Below, piece by piece: positions 38,801 to 42,909 of a DNA stretch of 42,909 nt. Made by a program: the position numbers and the translations under genes. This DNA is from Seison nebaliae (lineage: Eukaryota), in contig JALJEE010001297.1 in the NCBI GenBank assembly GCA_023231475.1, forward strand, positions 1 to 42,909, written 5' to 3'. The notes below the pieces were generated by a model, which saw only the letters and a program-made list of their open reading frames with translations, did not search any database and was not told where the DNA came from. The stretch's first letter is position 1; every line of letters starts with the position of its first letter.

Positions 38801-41012
38801 ATGGATGTCTTTTCATGAATATTTCGAAAACGAAAATTGGTCGATATGAAATTCAAGCGAGAGCGTCAGATAATGCAAGAAATTCCTTATTCTCTTTAAG
38901 TCGCTACTTGTCCATTGTTGTTTATGACGATGTGGTGAGTGAGAATGAAGCGATGAATATAATTCATTTACCCAAACAATCATTCCACAATAGCATCCAT
39001 CGTCAACAACTTTATCATGATAATAAGAAACAGTTCTTATTTCAAAACTTCTCTGCTGATTCGAAAAATTTCCGTCAATTTAAACATTTCTCTTCGAATG
39101 GAAATCGAATGAAAAATCGAAGAAATGGGAAAGATTCGACGTTTGTTATGATTTTAGCTTTCTCTATCACATTTGCAATTGCCACCGTCGTTTTTATTTG
39201 TATTCTGACATTTCAATATCAAATAAAAAAAGTACGTCATCAAAATCGTCGGAAGAGAGTGTCATCTTTTCGTCAGTTCAATAATTCTGTAAAGAAATCG
39301 TTGAAGGAAACTGGAGTTCATCAAGATTCTAAATGTCAAGTAGAAAAGAATTGTGTAACATCGTCAAATGAGAAGAATACGTCGTTCGATAAAAATACGA
39401 CGTCAACTGTTGCAACGACGACATATATGGATTGTTCATCAGCATCCAACGATTATATTCCATCACAAACATTTACTTTAAGTAACTGCTCCACATCGGA
39501 AACACCATCTCCATCACAGAAAGTTGGAGAGAATAATGATTTTCATGAACATAATACAGATTTAATGATTCAATTGAATCAAATGAATCCATCGAATGAC
39601 ATGTTATTCATCGAATCTCAACAACAACAAGAGCAACAAAAACATTTACAATTACATGATCAGAAACAACAACAATATTTTTCGAAACAATTCTCTCCGG
39701 AGACTTCATATTTCGATCATCGACAATTAACTTTACAACGTCATTCAAATCGACAACCATCACATGAGCAACAACAACAGTTTATTTTTGATGGACAACA
39801 TAATAATGAGCTACAACAAAAACATTATCATCAACAACAACCACAACAACAAGAACAATATATTACACAGACATTGAAAAGTGCACGTTCGTTGGGACAG
39901 AATAAAGGATCGATACGTTTCTCTCATTTAGGTGAGGCTTTAGTTGACAAGAATTTTGGACCTGATAATTCCGAAATATTCGTAAATAATTTCTCTCAAA
40001 GAGATCCATCCATACCCAATCAACCAAAATCTTCACTTAATCTTTTAACTCATCATTCGATCGATGGAGAGAATATGGGACAGAATAGTATTCAATATTT
40101 GGATTCGATAAGAAAACAATGTTCTAACAATAATCGAGTAGATTATGGAAATGGTCATGATTGGAAATCAACTGTCATCAATCGACTGGTCATACATGAA
40201 AATGGCCATTCTTCCAACCAACCGACGACATGTCGAACGGATAAAGTTGGAATTTGCATGTGTAAATTATAAGAATTTATTATTAATTCTAATTCTCTTA
40301 ATAGGAGAATTATTTGATGCACTCGAATGACATCTCATCAAATAATCATCAGTCTCTTTCAGATTATCGTCCAATTAATGATAAACAACAAAAACAACCG
40401 ATATCATATAATAATGATGCGTTTAATGATAATACTTCGATAATCGATGTTTATTATCAAAAATCGAATTCAGAAGATAACAAATTAGAAGTTTTTTTCG
40501 TTTATATATATATCTTCTTTAATTTCTATATATTTCTATATCAGCTTCCTATGAATCCAACATCATTCGATTCTCAACAAACAATCAACAATCAATTCAA
40601 TTCTTCTCATCTTCTTTACGATAATGTCATCATATCGAATGATGGTTCGTCCATAATAAATGACAACAATCCGTTGACAACTTTTCCATCTTCTACCTTA
40701 CCATCAGGATCATCAGTTAATGTCCTTCAAGAACATCTTCCATTGGTCCAAACATTGACACGTACATTAACCGACTATGAATATAATTATGGTCGGACCG
40801 ATCTCATACCGATTGTTCCAGTGTCATCTATCGAATATATATCTGATGGAAACGAATCAATAACCACAACAATCGCTTTGGCAACAACAACAACTAGTTC
40901 GAGTTTGACGACAAGTTCCATGGTTTCAACCATCGAAATAAAGCAGCCGCTCTTACAAGAAAGTGAAACATTTTCCAGTTCACTCAACATTCATCAAATC
41001 CAAAGAGATTAG
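35869..41012 (+). CDS. Protocadherin (7 EC repeats, non-clustered type), ~1676 aa; exons 35869-40245, 40305-40490, 40545-41012
   Basis: Signal peptide; cadherin motifs DVNNH, DVNDAAP, DENDNQP, DVNDNSP, DDNDNSP, DINDNAP, LDRE/LDFE and ATD.D.G.N; Cys-containing EC1; TM FVMILAFSITFAIATVVFICILTF. The whole ectodomain and TM lie in one 4.4-kb exon, as is typical of protocadherins. Introns of 59 and 54 nt join ORF 40314-41012; the 3' exons are less certain. Confidence 0.9.
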
Positions 41013-41457
41013 AAAGAAGGAATTCGAATGAAAATCTTCTTCATTTGTCTGTTTTGTCAATACGAATATACGATAATACGAATATTATTTTCTAATAACA
41101 TTCAGAAAAATATTTCTCTTTTATCAATTTTAATTTGTGAATATTTATTTTGGTTCGTTCAACAAATTTAATATATTTTCTTTTTTCATATAATTTTCTC
41201 TTTTTTTTCCAATTCTCCTTTTTCATTTTATAATAACATTCATTAGATTTACAATCATTTCTCAACTGAAAATTTCATTTCTGATTTTTACTTGTTGTTT
41301 TTGACGAAAAAGAATTTTTGTGATAAAAAAGAATATTTAAAGCGCACACTCACATCCAAAACAACATAGTCGCTTCGGTTTGATTAAATTTAGTTTTTTC
41401 TTTTTCGAGTTTTGAGTTTTCAATTTGTTCCCAAACTTATTATCATTCGAATTCGAA

Positions 41458-42480
41458 ATGTCAAGTGATCCGCTTGTACTATCGAATAACTCAGATCTCT
41501 TAAAAGCATTCGTCCAGTTGGACATTAAGGAGGAAGGAGAAGTGAAGGAAAACGAAAAAGTTCCTGAAGTATCGAAAGATTTAATAAAACTTTCTGAAAC
41601 TCCCAATAAAGAGCCGACGGAGGAGAAATTCGTGAAAGAGGAGCCGTTAGATATCGAACAAACTTTACCAAATATAGAGGAAATTTTGAATAAAGATGAT
41701 ACATCAGATTGTAATCACGATTTACCCCAAGAAGCTACTCCATATTTCACTCCGAATGGAACACCTGAAGGAACGACAGATGGAAGTCAAGAAGGCAGTC
41801 AAGAAAGAACAAGAGTTGTTACATCAGAAAAATCGGAAGATGATCCAAATCGACCGCCGATACCGCCACCTAAACGTGCCACTCAAAATGAAAGAATTCA
41901 TGGAAAACATCATTTCAAGGCGACTGAAATAAGTTCAACAGTATCTGAAGGGAAACGGCAAAGTGATATAATGTATGAGAGTCAACATAAACCAAAAAAG
42001 AATCGTAGTGGTGCGATTATAACATCAAAAGATCAACGTGATCGTCGACGAGAAAAACAACGACAACGTCGCTATAGGAATCGATTAAGACGTCGAGAGC
42101 AACGTCTACAGTCAGAACGAGGTTTCCGACGTCATGCTGAATCGATATCAGCATTTAAAATTGGTCGTTTAACTGACAGGAAACCATTCGATGCAATGAT
42201 CAGTGCATTAGAGAAAAAAGATAAGGAAAAGAAAAATGACCAGAAATTATTGGCCGAAGAATCCGAAGGTTCTGGAAAATCGAAGAAACTAATCAATGCT
42301 ACCAAAGTCGATATGATCAGAAAACAATTAACGTCTAACCTTAAGAAACCGGATGATGAAGACGATGACGATAGTGAAGATGAAAGTATTGAAAATGTCA
42401 TTCGACCAGTTAAACGATCTGTTAGAACATATGCTAATTTAAGTCAACATCCACTCTTCCGGAAGAATACTGAATACTAA
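41458..42480 (+). CDS. Hypothetical 340-aa highly charged, low-complexity protein
   Basis: 1-kb open frame in very AT-rich DNA with coding-like composition. First ATG is 41458. Acidic N-terminus, Arg-rich helix (DRRREKQRQRRYRNRLRRREQR) and acidic patch DDEDDDDSEDE. No family recognised. Confidence 0.7.
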   Translation: MSSDPLVLSNNSDLLKAFVQLDIKEEGEVKENEKVPEVSKDLIKLSETPNKEPTEEKFVKEEPLDIEQTLPNIEEILNKDDTSDCNHDLPQEATPYFTPNGTPEGTTDGSQEGSQERTRVVTSEKSEDDPNRPPIPPPKRATQNERIHGKHHFKATEISSTVSEGKRQSDIMYESQHKPKKNRSGAIITSKDQRDRRREKQRQRRYRNRLRRREQRLQSERGFRRHAESISAFKIGRLTDRKPFDAMISALEKKDKEKKNDQKLLAEESEGSGKSKKLINATKVDMIRKQLTSNLKKPDDEDDDDSEDESIENVIRPVKRSVRTYANLSQHPLFRKNTEY

Positions 42481-42909
42481 TTTTGTTATAGTCATGGAAA
42501 AAAATGACGATAATAATTTATATCTTAATTTTCTCTTCCTTTATCGATACGACCAATTGTCCTATTAACTCATTCCGTTTTCTCTCATCTTATTAATAAA
42601 CAATTTATTATATTAATATTCTCTCATTTCATTAGATCATTGGAAATAGAAAATTTGAACATTTTTCCAACTGAACAATTAGAAAAGAATGATGAGTCAT
42701 GAATAGACCTGTTAAACGGTCAAAACGATCGACTCAGTCGTTTTATACGGCTCAATTACAGTCGATCTAAAAAAATAGATATCCAAAAAGATGAAAAGAT
42801 AAAGCGAGCGGTCGAAAATTTGGACAAAACCCAACTTTTTCAGTTTTTTAGTAAAATGGAAGAGATTCATGAAAACATATAAATATTTTTAATTTTCACA
42901 AAATTCATA

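Noticed and set aside
4796..42401. Many 60-100 aa ORFs antisense or out of frame to real genes, or in low-complexity DNA (e.g. 5122-5412, 7435-7722, 33109-33342, 42132-42401)
   Set aside because: Shadow ORFs of coding regions or products of ATT/CAT-rich simple sequence; no motifs.
42638..42882. Plus-strand frame with one in-frame TGA (..EKNDES*IDLLNGQ..), considered as a selenoprotein or readthrough
   Set aside because: No Sec-type redox context, no SECIS visible, no in-frame upstream exon, and the window ends here.
1..42909. Prokaryotic systems (CRISPR arrays, operons, TIR-based anti-phage defence, horizontally acquired fmt), tRNA/rRNA and conserved miRNAs
   Set aside because: Genes are intron-containing animal types. 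I saw no repeat-spacer array, and I recognised no structural RNA or conserved miRNA by eye; an Infernal scan is needed to exclude them.

Overview
AT-rich eukaryotic (metazoan) genomic DNA, not prokaryotic. The ORF track fragments the genes because they carry very short introns. The window holds a dense housekeeping block in the first 10.5 kb: a Toll-like LRR-TM-TIR receptor whose stop overlaps that of the convergent mitochondrial methionyl-tRNA formyltransferase, then CCDC149, MRPS25 and a front-end fatty-acyl desaturase. Next comes a ~13.7 kb gene-poor stretch containing a dead Mutator-like (MULE) DNA transposon with ~180 bp TIRs. This is followed by a Shisa-like 6-Cys membrane protein, a ~9.3 kb non-coding stretch, a 7-EC protocadherin and an orphan charged protein. 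The most striking signal is the splicing code. All 19 introns I could reconstruct by hand begin GTT rather than GTRAGT, 8 of 19 end in AAG, and 18 of 19 are 39-64 nt. The protocadherin, compact AT-rich genome and GTT donors suggest a small-bodied spiralian such as a rotifer-like gnathiferan; this is inference only. All gene models were built by eye and family calls come from recalled motifs, not database searches.
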